Translations under genes and position numbers: made by a program
Shown: positions 1 to 8,311 of the stretch, in pieces
How positions within the stretch are numbered: the first letter of the stretch is position 1
Layout: each line of letters begins with the position of its first letter
From: Candidatus Hadarchaeales archaeon
GTDB lineage: Archaea > Hadarchaeota > Hadarchaeia > Hadarchaeales > WYZ-LMO6
Length of the DNA stretch: 64,000 bases
Direction: 5' to 3'
Assembly (NCBI GenBank): GCA_038736355.1
Contig: JAVYML010000003.1
Location: forward strand, 285,314-349,313
Notes under the pieces: model-generated
Database searches by the model: none
The model's input: only the letters and a program-made list of their open reading frames with translations
What the model was told of the DNA's origin: nothing

Positions 1-1
1 C

Positions 2-484
2 AGACATTACAGATACGTCCTCCCTCTTCCTCACCCCTTCGACCTCCACGAAGCGAGAAGGGGGGCCAAGTTTTTGGAAACTACCCACACCTTCGCCCCT
101 TTTTGTAAACCAGAACCAGGTCGCCCTCTTTCCTCCAAACTCTTCCTGGTGGGGATAAGGGCGGAAGGGGGGATACTGAAGGCGGACTTCATAGCCACCA
201 ACTTCCTCTACCACCAGGTGAGGAGGATGATGGGAGCCCTGCTCTTGGTGGGAAAAGGAGAAAGGAAGGTGGAGGACCTTTGGAAACTCAGTAGAGAAGG
301 GGGAAGGGGATGGGAACCCGCACCCTGTGAGGGTCTTTTCCTTATGAAGGTGGGATACAAGGATCTCCTCCTACCACCCAACCCATCTGCCGTGAAGAGG
401 TTCGAGGATTATCTCTCCCAAGTCCCCAGCTTAGGAAATGCTGAAATGCGCAGGATCTTGAGGGAAGAACTGGGGTTTAAATAG
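2..484 (+). CDS. truA: tRNA pseudouridine synthase A, C-terminal part (5' end outside the window)
   Basis: The frame is open from nt 2 with no upstream stop. The translation ...RHYRYVLPLP...THTFAPF... and FLYHQVRRMMGALLLVGKGE matches conserved TruA motifs (RxYxY, FLxxQVRxMxG). Confidence 0.8.
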   Translation, partial: RHYRYVLPLPHPFDLHEARRGAKFLETTHTFAPFCKPEPGRPLSSKLFLVGIRAEGGILKADFIATNFLYHQVRRMMGALLLVGKGERKVEDLWKLSREGGRGWEPAPCEGLFLMKVGYKDLLLPPNPSAVKRFEDYLSQVPSLGNAEMRRILREELGFK

Positions 485-508
485 GGTAAAAGGGGGGAAT
501 TTTCAGGT

Positions 509-1294
509 ATGGGGAGAGATTTCTCGAAGGTGAAGAGGATCGTGGTAAAAGTTGGTACTAGCAGCCTCACGGACAAGTATTCTCGGCTGGATTATCAAAA
601 GGTGAGAAAGATCGTGAGAGAAGTCATGGACCTCAGAAAAAAGGGAAAGGAAGTGCTGCTGGTAACTTCTGGAGCCATAGGCGCTGGAGTGGGTAGGTTG
701 GGGATGAGGAAGAGACCCAAGGAATTGCCCATGTTACAGGCCGCGGCCGCGGTAGGTCAGGGAATTCTGATGAGGGTTTATGAAAAGTACTTTGGAAAAT
801 ATGGGCAACCCATAGCCCAGCTCCTCCTCACCAAGGAAGATTTTTTCGACAAGGAAAGGAGTAAGAACCTGAGAAACACCCTTAGGGTTCTTCGCCAATG
901 GGGAGTGATACCCGTGGTCAACGAAAATGACAGTGTGGCAGTGGAGGAGATAAAGTTCGGGGATAACGACCTTCTCTCAGCCCATTTGGCCATCCTCTCT
1001 GAAGCCGATCTCTTGGTCCTCCTTTCGGACGTGAACGGCCTCTACACAGGAGATCCTAAACATGATAGGAAAGCAAAACTCCTCCACGAAGTGAGGGAAT
1101 TCACCCCCCAACTGGAGAGGCTGGCAAAGGGCAAAAGTTTTGGAGGGATGAGAACCAAACTACAAGCAGCCAAAATGGCCTGCTCCGCAGGCATACCCGT
1201 GGTGGTAGCCAGAGCTGGAGAAAGGAAGGTGCTGGAGCGTTTGCTTTCGGGGGAAAAGGTGGGTACCCTCTTCCTGCCGGAGGAGAAAAAATGA
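509..1294 (+). CDS. proB: glutamate 5-kinase (no PUA domain)
   Basis: 261 aa. KRIVVKVGTSSLTD N-terminus, TSGAIGAG and NENDSVAVEEIKFGDNDLLSA motifs of the amino-acid kinase fold. ATGA overlap with proA. Confidence 0.9.
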   Translation: MGRDFSKVKRIVVKVGTSSLTDKYSRLDYQKVRKIVREVMDLRKKGKEVLLVTSGAIGAGVGRLGMRKRPKELPMLQAAAAVGQGILMRVYEKYFGKYGQPIAQLLLTKEDFFDKERSKNLRNTLRVLRQWGVIPVVNENDSVAVEEIKFGDNDLLSAHLAILSEADLLVLLSDVNGLYTGDPKHDRKAKLLHEVREFTPQLERLAKGKSFGGMRTKLQAAKMACSAGIPVVVARAGERKVLERLLSGEKVGTLFLPEEKK

Positions 1295-2607
1295 AACTAC
1301 TGGAAAGCGTTAGGAAGGCTAGAGAGGCCTCCCTCCAAATGGCCACCCTACGTACGGAGGTAAAAGATGCCGCTCTCAGGGAGGCGGCCAAGGCCGTGAG
1401 GGAACATCGGACCGAACTCTTGGAAGCCAATACTAGGGATTTGAAGATCGCTGAGAGGAGGAGACTCTCCAAGCCCCTCTTGGAAAGACTGAAGCTGAAC
1501 GAATCCAAACTGGAAGCCATTTCCAAGATGATAGAGAGTGTAGCCCAGCTGGAAGATCCTGTGGGAAAGACCCTTTACGCCTGTGAACTGGACGAAGGAT
1601 TGGAACTTTACCGGGTGTCCTGTCCGATAGGAGTAGTGGGAGCCATCTTCGAGTCCAGACCAGATGTCCTTCCCCAAATCTCCTCCCTTTGCCTGAAGTC
1701 CGGAAACGCCGTGATCCTCAAGGGTGGGAGGGAGGCCACCCACTCCAATCGGGCCTTCTTTAAGCTCATGAAGGAGGCGACGGAAGGAAAGGGGGTACCG
1801 GAGGGATGGATACAGCTGGTGGAAGGAAGGGAGGAGGTGAGGAAACTCCTGAAGCTGGAAGAATATGTGGACCTGCTAGTTCCTCGGGGAAGCAAAGAAT
1901 TCATTAAGTTCATTCAAAGGAATACCAGGATTCCCGTCCTCGGGCATGCGGAAGGTGTTTGTCATGTGTATGTGGACGAATATGCAGATTTCGAGAAGGC
2001 CTTGGAGATATGCTACGATTCCAAGGTCCAATATCCAGCTGTCTGCAACGCTGCGGAGAAAGTATTGGTACATGCAAAAATAGCGGAAGAGTTCCTGCCC
2101 AGACTGGTGGAGATGTACTCCAAAGCCGGAGTGGAAGTGAGGGGATGCGAACGTACGAGGAAGATCGTGAAGGTGAAAAGGGCCAAGGAAGAGGACTGGT
2201 ATGCCGAATACCTCGATCTCATCATAGCCGTGAAGGTGGTAGACAGCGTGGAAGAGGCCATTTCCCACATCAACCACTACGGCTCCAAACACACCGACGC
2301 CATCGTCACGGAGGACAGAGAAACCGCTGTGAAGTTCATGGAGAGGGTGGATTCTTCCTCCGTGATGTGGAATGCTTCCACCAGGTTCAGCGACGGCTAC
2401 AGGTATGGACTTGGAGCAGAAGTGGGAATAAGTACGGGAAAGCTCCATGCGAGGGGTCCCGTGGGGCTGGAAGGGCTCACCACGTATAAATACTATTTGG
2501 TGGGGAAAGGGCACACGGTGGCTCCTTACCTATCCTCCCCTCCCAGACCTTTCCTCCACCGTCGACTGGAAAGAACTTGGGAAGAGGTGAGGGAGGGAAG
2601 GGTCTGA
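1291..2607 (+). CDS. proA: gamma-glutamyl phosphate reductase
   Basis: 438 aa, ALDH-like. GVVGAIFESRPDV, LVPRGSKEFI, CNAAEKVLVH and HYGSKHTDAIVTED motifs. Sits between proB and proC. Confidence 0.9.
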   Translation: MKLLESVRKAREASLQMATLRTEVKDAALREAAKAVREHRTELLEANTRDLKIAERRRLSKPLLERLKLNESKLEAISKMIESVAQLEDPVGKTLYACELDEGLELYRVSCPIGVVGAIFESRPDVLPQISSLCLKSGNAVILKGGREATHSNRAFFKLMKEATEGKGVPEGWIQLVEGREEVRKLLKLEEYVDLLVPRGSKEFIKFIQRNTRIPVLGHAEGVCHVYVDEYADFEKALEICYDSKVQYPAVCNAAEKVLVHAKIAEEFLPRLVEMYSKAGVEVRGCERTRKIVKVKRAKEEDWYAEYLDLIIAVKVVDSVEEAISHINHYGSKHTDAIVTEDRETAVKFMERVDSSSVMWNASTRFSDGYRYGLGAEVGISTGKLHARGPVGLEGLTTYKYYLVGKGHTVAPYLSSPPRPFLHRRLERTWEEVREGRV

Positions 2608-3389
2608 AGGTGGGAATCGTGGGGGGAGGGAGGCTCGGATCCTCCCTCTTGAGGGGCCTGCTGAGGGCGGGATTCTCCCAAAGTGAACTCATGGTTTGCG
2701 AAAAGGATGAAGAAAAGGCCAAGAACCTCTCCCTCCAGTTCGGCGTGAGGGTGGTGAAGGAATGCGGTCCCCTCCTAGAAGATTCGGAAGTGATCTTCAT
2801 AGCCGTAAAACCCAAGGAGCTCGAGGAGGTGCTGGAGGAGATGGAAGGGAAAGTGGAGGGTAAAATCGTTCTTTCCTGCGTGGCTGGCGTTCCCCTCGAA
2901 AGGATGGAGGGGAAATTGAAGGGAGCGAGGGCCTTCAGACTCATGCCCAATTTAGCCTGCTCGGTGGGGGAAGGGGCGATGGTCTATTCCTCTAGAACGG
3001 GGGGGGAGGAAGAGAGGAGAAAGGTGGAGGAGCTTTTGGAAAAATTGGGAACACCCCTGGAAGTCCCAGAGGAGAAAATGAATGTCATAACCGCCCTCAG
3101 CGGGAGTGGTCCGGCTTATTTCTCCCTGGTAATCCAAGCGCTCGCTGAGGCGGCGGAAGAACTCGGGGTGCCCAGGAAGGAAGCTCTGAAGCTGGCCTCC
3201 CAAACGGCCAAGGGAACTGGAAAGATGTTGCTGGAACTGGAACTCGAGCCAGAGGAACTCATAAGGATGGTTGCCTCACCAGGAGGGACCACGGAGGCTG
3301 CCCTCGGGGAACTGGAAAAGGGAAAGGTTTTTGAGGCCTTCAAGCGAGCCTTAAAGGTCGCTTGGAAAAGGGCTGGAGAGCTGGGATGA
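2577..3389 (+). CDS. proC: pyrroline-5-carboxylate reductase
   Basis: VGIVGGGRLG Rossmann N-terminus, ALSGSGPAYF and SPGGTTEAAL motifs. The start is ambiguous: TTG 2577, CTG 2604 (CTGA overlap with the proA stop) or GTG 2610. Confidence 0.85.
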   Translation: MGRGEGGKGLKVGIVGGGRLGSSLLRGLLRAGFSQSELMVCEKDEEKAKNLSLQFGVRVVKECGPLLEDSEVIFIAVKPKELEEVLEEMEGKVEGKIVLSCVAGVPLERMEGKLKGARAFRLMPNLACSVGEGAMVYSSRTGGEEERRKVEELLEKLGTPLEVPEEKMNVITALSGSGPAYFSLVIQALAEAAEELGVPRKEALKLASQTAKGTGKMLLELELEPEELIRMVASPGGTTEAALGELEKGKVFEAFKRALKVAWKRAGELG

Positions 3390-3853
3390 AGTTCAAAAAA
3401 GTGGCTGCCGGCGGAACCTTTGACCATCTCCACGCAGGTCATTTAGCCCTCCTGAGAAAGGCTTTCGAGGTGGGTGAGAAGGTATATTTGGGAGTTTGTT
3501 CGGATGAAATGGCCAGGAGCAAGGGATGCGAAATACAACCTTTGGGGCAAAGGCTGGGAAGGCTGTTGGAAACCGTTTTCACGGAATTTGGAGAGGAGAG
3601 GGTAGAGGTGGTGGTGATCAGGGACCCCTATGGTCCTGCGGTTTCAGACCCGGAGCTGGAGGCCATCGTGGTGAGTCCCGAAACGAGGGAAAGGGCGGAG
3701 GAGATCAATAGAATAAGAAGGGAGAGGGGTCTGAGGGAACTCCAAATTCTGGAAATCCCCTTCGTTCTAGCAGAGGATGGAAAGCCCATCTCCTCGACGC
3801 GGATAAGGAGGGGAGAAATAGACGAACATGGCAAACTAATTAAGAAGGAATAG
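3386..3853 (+). CDS. coaD: phosphopantetheine adenylyltransferase, archaeal cytidylyltransferase-type
   Basis: AAGGTFDHLHAGH (HxGH nucleotidyltransferase motif) and C-terminal ISSTRIRRGEID. The ATG at 3386 overlaps the proC stop (ATGA). The track ORF start at 3362 is probably too far upstream. Confidence 0.8.
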   Translation: MKFKKVAAGGTFDHLHAGHLALLRKAFEVGEKVYLGVCSDEMARSKGCEIQPLGQRLGRLLETVFTEFGEERVEVVVIRDPYGPAVSDPELEAIVVSPETRERAEEINRIRRERGLRELQILEIPFVLAEDGKPISSTRIRRGEIDEHGKLIKKE

Positions 3854-3863
3854 GAAAATCCTC

Positions 3864-5033
3864 TTGGTGAAGAGGATCCTCCTCTGCCTCACGGGCAGTG
3901 CTGCCATCATGAGGGGACCGGAACTGGCCAGGGAATTCATCAGGGAAGGGGCAGAGGTAAGGGTGGTGATGAGCCCCAGTGCCTCCCAACTCCTTTCCCC
4001 CATCCTCATGCACTGGGCCACAGGCAGGGAAGTGGTGACCTCCCTCACGGGTGAAATCGAACACATCAAGCTCTCGGAGTGGGCGGATGCAGTAGTAGTG
4101 GCTCCCGCCACTGCAAGCACGATCGGGAAGCTCGCCTGGGGAATAGCCGATACCCCCGTTACGGCCACGGTCCTTTCTTCGCTGGGACTGGGCAAACCCG
4201 TTTTCTTGGCACCCGCCATGCATGCCTCCCTGTTCTTCAACGGTCCGGTGCAGGAGAGCCTGAAGAGGTTGGAGGAAAAGGGCATCACCGTGATAGGACC
4301 CGTTCTGTTGGAGGGAAGGGCAAAGATGGCCGAAACGAGGGAAATCGTTCTAAGGGTCATGTTTTACCGTCCCCCCGACATGAAGGGGTTGAGGGTAGCC
4401 GTCACGGCCGGTCCCACGCTGGAACCCATAGACAAGGTGAAGATGATCACCAACCTCAGCTCTGGGAAGATGGGGATAGCCCTAGCTAGGATGGCCTCCC
4501 TGCGTGGGGCTGAGGTAACCCTCATCTACGGTCCAGGCACGGAAAGCCCGCCGGAGGGGATAAGGGTGGTGAGGGTGAGGACTACCCAAGAGATGAAGGA
4601 AGCCTTGGAGAAGGAGGTGGAAAAGGGGGTGGACGTGGTGATAGCGGCGGCGGCCGCTCAAGATCTCATGGTCGAAAGACCTTTTGAGAGGAAACTCAGG
4701 AGCGTGGAAACCGTGGAACTCAGGTTGGTTCCTGCACCGAGGGTGGCGGATGGTGTGAAGCGTCTCCGTCCCCACCTCTTACTGGTAGGGTTCAAGGCGG
4801 AACATGGGGTCTCTGAAGAAGAGCTGATTTCCAGAGCGAAGGAGAAACTGGAGGCCGGTTTTGACTTAGTAGTAGCCAACGATCTCTCCCGCCCGGGAGC
4901 TGGTTTCGGTGAAGATACCAATGAGGTGATACTGATACACCGATCGGGGATGGAAAGGCTGAAGGGCAGGAAGGAAGAAGTTGCCCATCGGATCCTCGAT
5001 TTGGTTCTCCAGCTGAAGAAAAGCCGGGGTTAG
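3864..5033 (+). CDS. coaBC: bifunctional phosphopantothenoylcysteine decarboxylase / phosphopantothenate-cysteine ligase
   Basis: 389 aa. N-terminal flavoprotein domain (ILLCLTGSAA, APAMH) and C-terminal CoaB domain (VTAGPTLEPIDKVKMITNLSSGKMG). Confidence 0.9.
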   Translation: MVKRILLCLTGSAAIMRGPELAREFIREGAEVRVVMSPSASQLLSPILMHWATGREVVTSLTGEIEHIKLSEWADAVVVAPATASTIGKLAWGIADTPVTATVLSSLGLGKPVFLAPAMHASLFFNGPVQESLKRLEEKGITVIGPVLLEGRAKMAETREIVLRVMFYRPPDMKGLRVAVTAGPTLEPIDKVKMITNLSSGKMGIALARMASLRGAEVTLIYGPGTESPPEGIRVVRVRTTQEMKEALEKEVEKGVDVVIAAAAAQDLMVERPFERKLRSVETVELRLVPAPRVADGVKRLRPHLLLVGFKAEHGVSEEELISRAKEKLEAGFDLVVANDLSRPGAGFGEDTNEVILIHRSGMERLKGRKEEVAHRILDLVLQLKKSRG

Positions 5034-5043
5034 GAGAATTCGA

Positions 5044-5943
5044 ATGGAAGGGGAACTCAGGGCCTTCGTTCCCGCCCACCTCTCCGGGTTTTTCGAGGTG
5101 TGCCCTTCTCCCAGACCGGAAAGAATGGGCTCTAGGAACGGGGGACCCTGCCTGGAGGTGGGTGTTCTAACGAAGGTGAGATTGGAAGAGGGGAAGGGAG
5201 TAGAAATCTTTATTGACGGGAAGAAAACGGAAGCCAAAACGAGCTCGTACGTAGCCAGGTCTTTCTTGGGAGATACGGAGGAGGAGTTCCATTTGAGGGT
5301 CGAACATCATCTACAGGTCCCCATGGGGGCGGGTTATGGAGCCAGCGGGGCGGGGGCTTTGGGTATGGCACTAGCCCTTTCCAAATGGCTGAGAATAAGG
5401 GCATGGAAAAGGGAGGCCATAAGAATGGCCCACGTGGCCGAAATCAGGAATCTCACTGGCCTTGGGGATGTAGGTGCCCAGGCAAAAGGCGGGCTGGTGA
5501 TAGGGGTAAGACCAGGGGCCCCTCCATATGGCTCTTGGAGGAAGATCGCCGTACCAAAGGGAATGTGGGTGGTTTCCTGCACCCTAGGAGGAATAAGCAC
5601 CAAGGAAATACTCTCCAATCCAGAGATGAAGGACCGGGCGCGTTCTCTGGGAAAAAAAGCCGTGGAAAGGGTTCTAGCCCATCCAAGCGTGAGAACTTTT
5701 CTTGAAGCCTCTCTGGAATTCGCCGAAGGTTTGGGTCTCATGGATGGAGAGCTGAGGGAGATGGTGGAACTCTTCAAGAAATTTGGAGCGATAGGGGCAA
5801 GCCAAACGATGCTGGGAAGGGGGGTTTTCGGCTTCTTTCCCGAAGAAAGCCTGGAAAAGGGGGTGGAGGAGCTTTCGGCCTCTTTGGGAAAGGGAATGCT
5901 GATCAAGAGTAGGGTTAGTGCGCGGGGTGCTCACCTTCTCTAA
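5044..5943 (+). CDS. GHMP-family kinase, probable archaeal pantoate kinase
   Basis: GHMP motif PMGAGYGASGAGALGMALAL and N-terminal VPAHLSGFF. Lies directly after coaD/coaBC. Assignment of the specific substrate rests on gene context. Confidence 0.65.
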   Translation: MEGELRAFVPAHLSGFFEVCPSPRPERMGSRNGGPCLEVGVLTKVRLEEGKGVEIFIDGKKTEAKTSSYVARSFLGDTEEEFHLRVEHHLQVPMGAGYGASGAGALGMALALSKWLRIRAWKREAIRMAHVAEIRNLTGLGDVGAQAKGGLVIGVRPGAPPYGSWRKIAVPKGMWVVSCTLGGISTKEILSNPEMKDRARSLGKKAVERVLAHPSVRTFLEASLEFAEGLGLMDGELREMVELFKKFGAIGASQTMLGRGVFGFFPEESLEKGVEELSASLGKGMLIKSRVSARGAHLL

Positions 5944-6464
5944 TACCTTTCCCTATGCACGATTTCTTCCAGGGGTCTGCGGGGGGGTGCTTCAGGTTTC
6001 TCGGCACTCCTTCCGATGGGAACGATGGCTAAGGGGCGTATGCCTGGGGGGAGGTGGAGAACCCTGGCCACCTCATCCTCGGAGAAGGCTCCCACCCAGC
6101 AGGTCCCATATCCCAAGCTAGTGGCCGCCAAGAGGAGGTTTTGGGTAGCAGCGGCCGTATCCTGCACGTAAAAGAGTTCACCCCTCCTTCCGTACCTCCC
6201 TACCGTTCTCTCCACATCCGCACATATCACCACTACCACCGGTGCTTCCCCTATGAAGGGTTGACCAAAGGCAGCCTCCATCACTTCCTCCTTTATCCTC
6301 TGATCCTTCACCACCACCAGTTCAAGCGGCTGACAGTTGCCGGCGGAAGGGGCCCAGGCGGCTGCCTCCAGCATCTTTCTCAAATCCTCTTCCGGAATGG
6401 GGTCGGGCTTGAAACTCCTTATACTCCTCCTCTTCCTTATGGCCTCGAGTGTATCCATCTCCAA
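5940..6464 (-). CDS. nitroreductase family protein
   Basis: 174 aa. RRSIRSFKPDPIPEEDL N-terminus, SAGNCQP, and a GYGTCWVG-type C-terminal half typical of NAD(P)H nitroreductases. Confidence 0.8.
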   Translation of the reverse strand: MEMDTLEAIRKRRSIRSFKPDPIPEEDLRKMLEAAAWAPSAGNCQPLELVVVKDQRIKEEVMEAAFGQPFIGEAPVVVVICADVERTVGRYGRRGELFYVQDTAAATQNLLLAATSLGYGTCWVGAFSEDEVARVLHLPPGIRPLAIVPIGRSAEKPEAPPRRPLEEIVHRERY

Positions 6465-6490
6465 TTTTAAGTCTTCTGTAGAAAAAAGGA

Positions 6491-6742
6491 TTGGGTATGG
6501 CAGAAAACGAAGTGGATTGGATAGCCTCCAAAGCTCTAGAATTTCTCATGGACAAAATCAGGGATGGCCCCCTCTCGAAGCAAGATATAGAAATGGCCTT
6601 CGACATCTTTGCCAGACCCAGACTGCAAAGGTTGAGGTTATCGGATTTTGAAAGGAGACAGGTGGAAGATCAGATCATGGCCAGGCTAGAAGAGAGGGTC
6701 AAACAGATGAACCTGGAACACTGGGGAAGGAGCGAGCTCTAG
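6491..6742 (+). CDS. hypothetical protein (83 aa, charged, helical)
   Basis: Only an intact ORF with host-like codon usage; no motif recognised. Confidence 0.4.
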   Translation: MGMAENEVDWIASKALEFLMDKIRDGPLSKQDIEMAFDIFARPRLQRLRLSDFERRQVEDQIMARLEERVKQMNLEHWGRSEL

Positions 6743-6918
6743 AGCCGGACCAGGCCGTAGAGGGCTAAGAGGCAGAGGAAAGTGATGAGGAACATTCCAA
6801 CCGCCCATTTTTTTGCCTCGGCCCTCACGCAAATATAACCGAAGAAGCCCGAACCCACTGCTGTCAGTACTAAGATGATTCCCAGCAGGATTTTCCCCAC
6901 TGTTATTAGAGCCGACAT
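6739..6918 (-). CDS. small membrane protein (59 aa, two predicted TM helices), absent from the ORF track
   Basis: Hand translation of the minus strand gives MSALITVGKILLGIILVLTAVGSGFFGYICVRAEAKKWAVGMFLITFLCLLALYGLVRL*. It starts at an ATG, is 180 nt long, and fills an otherwise empty gap. Confidence 0.4.
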   Translation of the reverse strand: MSALITVGKILLGIILVLTAVGSGFFGYICVRAEAKKWAVGMFLITFLCLLALYGLVRL

Positions 6919-6994
6919 CGGCTTATTTTATGAACCCAACTTTTAATCCTATCGTCTCGATAAGGTTAAACGACCTTCCTTCAGAGGGAAAAGG

Positions 6995-7267
6995 ATGATA
7001 GAAAAAGCCGTGGAATGGCTGGTAGAGGATGAGGAAGCCAGGAGGATCTTCCTGGCCCTCAGGGACACAGAGGGGGAAATATCGGCCTTAGAGCTCTTCA
7101 AGCTCCTTTCCAAACCCGAAAGCTGGATATTGAGATGTATCCTGGAAAGGATGATGGATTATGGCATCCTGGGCAGAAATCCTAACGGCAAGTTCTATCT
7201 TACAGAAAATGGAAAAAAGCTGGTGGAATTGGAGAAATCCCTAGGAGAGGTGAAGAAGATAGGTTGA
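6995..7267 (+). CDS. small winged-helix DNA-binding protein (putative)
   Basis: 90 aa. ARRIFLALRDTEGEISALELFKLL...GILGRNPNGKFYLTENGKKL resembles a helix-turn-helix plus wing. Confidence 0.5.
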   Translation: MIEKAVEWLVEDEEARRIFLALRDTEGEISALELFKLLSKPESWILRCILERMMDYGILGRNPNGKFYLTENGKKLVELEKSLGEVKKIG

Positions 7268-7480
7268 CTAAACCTCCACTATCCTGATGTTTCCCCCCTT
7301 CAGGAAAAGGAACTTGTGTTTTCTCACGAGCTTCTGATCCCAATACTCCTCCGCTTCTTCCAGCACCAAGTTCTGGTGCTCATCGCACGTCCTCAAGACT
7401 CCTTTTATTTCCCTCCCATCCCGGGCAAAAACCCGGATGGTAGATCCTATCCTTTTTCCCAGCTCCAAAACCTCAGCCAT
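7268..7480 (-). CDS. Sm-like archaeal protein (LSm)
   Basis: 70 aa. The Sm1/Sm2 pattern ...IRVFARDGREIKGVLRTCDEHQNLVLEEAEE...LFLKGGNIRIVEV. Confidence 0.75.
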   Translation of the reverse strand: MAEVLELGKRIGSTIRVFARDGREIKGVLRTCDEHQNLVLEEAEEYWDQKLVRKHKFLFLKGGNIRIVEV

Positions 7481-7486
7481 CTGTTC

Positions 7487-7509
7487 CTATAAGTTGCTAG
7501 GACTTAAAG
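7487..7509. promoter_or_regulatory. interleaved divergent TATA-like boxes for ku (+) and the Sm-like gene (-)
   Basis: CTATAAG (7487-7493) is centred about 28 nt upstream of the ku ATG at 7518. CTTAAAG (7503-7509; CTTTAAG on the minus strand) is centred about 26 nt upstream of the Sm ATG at 7480. This spacing implies leaderless or near-leaderless mRNAs. Confidence 0.4.
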
Positions 7510-7517
7510 GATAATGG

Positions 7518-8309
7518 ATGCCCAAGGCCATCTTCGCGGGGAGTCTTTCCTTCGGCCTCGTAAACCTTCCCATCAAGCTTTATCCCGCCACGAAAGCCAG
7601 GGGGACGGCTCTCCGTACCCTCCACTCCTCCTGTCACACACCCCTCCAACACAAGAGGTGGTGCCCACGCTGCGAAAAGGAGGTGCCCCTGGAAGAGGTG
7701 GAGTATGGCTTCGAACTCTCCAAAACTAGGATTGTTCCCCTCAAGGAGGAGGAACTCCTCGGTATCCAGCCCAAGAAGGCCAAAACCATAGAAATCTTCA
7801 CCTTCGTCGATCCCGCTTCCATCGATCCCCTCTATCCAGAGGCCCACTATCACGTAGTACCCCAAGAAGGAGGAGAAAGGGCCTTCGCCCTCCTCAGGGA
7901 GATCCTCTCCCTCACAAACAAAGTGGGGGTGGGAAAGATGACCATGAGGGCCAGGGAATACGTGGTGGTCCTCAGACCCTACAGGCAGGGTCTGCTCCTC
8001 TCCACCCTCCACTACCAGAGCGAACTCGTGGACCCCTCGGAGCTGAAGGAACTCCAGCACCTTCCCCTTCCCACCGAAAAGGAAAGGGAGCTGGCCAGGA
8101 TGTTGGTGGAGCACCTGAGCGGTGATTTCAAGCCCGAGGAATACAAGGACACCTACAAGGAGGCCCTCATGGAGTTGGTGAAGAGGAAAATGGAAGGTGA
8201 ACCCCTTCCCGTGATGAGGGAGGAGAAGAAGGAGGCTCCAATGGACCTCATGAAGGCCTTGGAAGCCAGCTTGGCTGCGGCCAGGGAAAGGAAGAAGGCG
8301 AGTGGCTGA
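7518..8309 (+). CDS. ku: Ku DNA end-binding protein (NHEJ)
   Basis: The N-terminus MPKAIFAGSLSFGLVNLPIKLYPATK is the hallmark prokaryotic Ku start. CxxxxxxxxxxCPRC segment and a basic C-terminal tail. Confidence 0.9.
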   Translation: MPKAIFAGSLSFGLVNLPIKLYPATKARGTALRTLHSSCHTPLQHKRWCPRCEKEVPLEEVEYGFELSKTRIVPLKEEELLGIQPKKAKTIEIFTFVDPASIDPLYPEAHYHVVPQEGGERAFALLREILSLTNKVGVGKMTMRAREYVVVLRPYRQGLLLSTLHYQSELVDPSELKELQHLPLPTEKERELARMLVEHLSGDFKPEEYKDTYKEALMELVKRKMEGEPLPVMREEKKEAPMDLMKALEASLAAARERKKASG

Positions 8310-8311
8310 CC

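Noticed and set aside
3362-3385. Longer N-terminal extensions offered by the ORF track: PPAT from 3362, SDR from 16685, RNase HII from 52816, P5 from 61976, and the 17447 start.
   Set aside because: In each case an internal start sits exactly at a 4-nt overlap, or 25-30 nt downstream of a TATA-like box, and directly precedes the conserved N-terminal motif. The extensions overlap neighbouring genes or lack family sequence.
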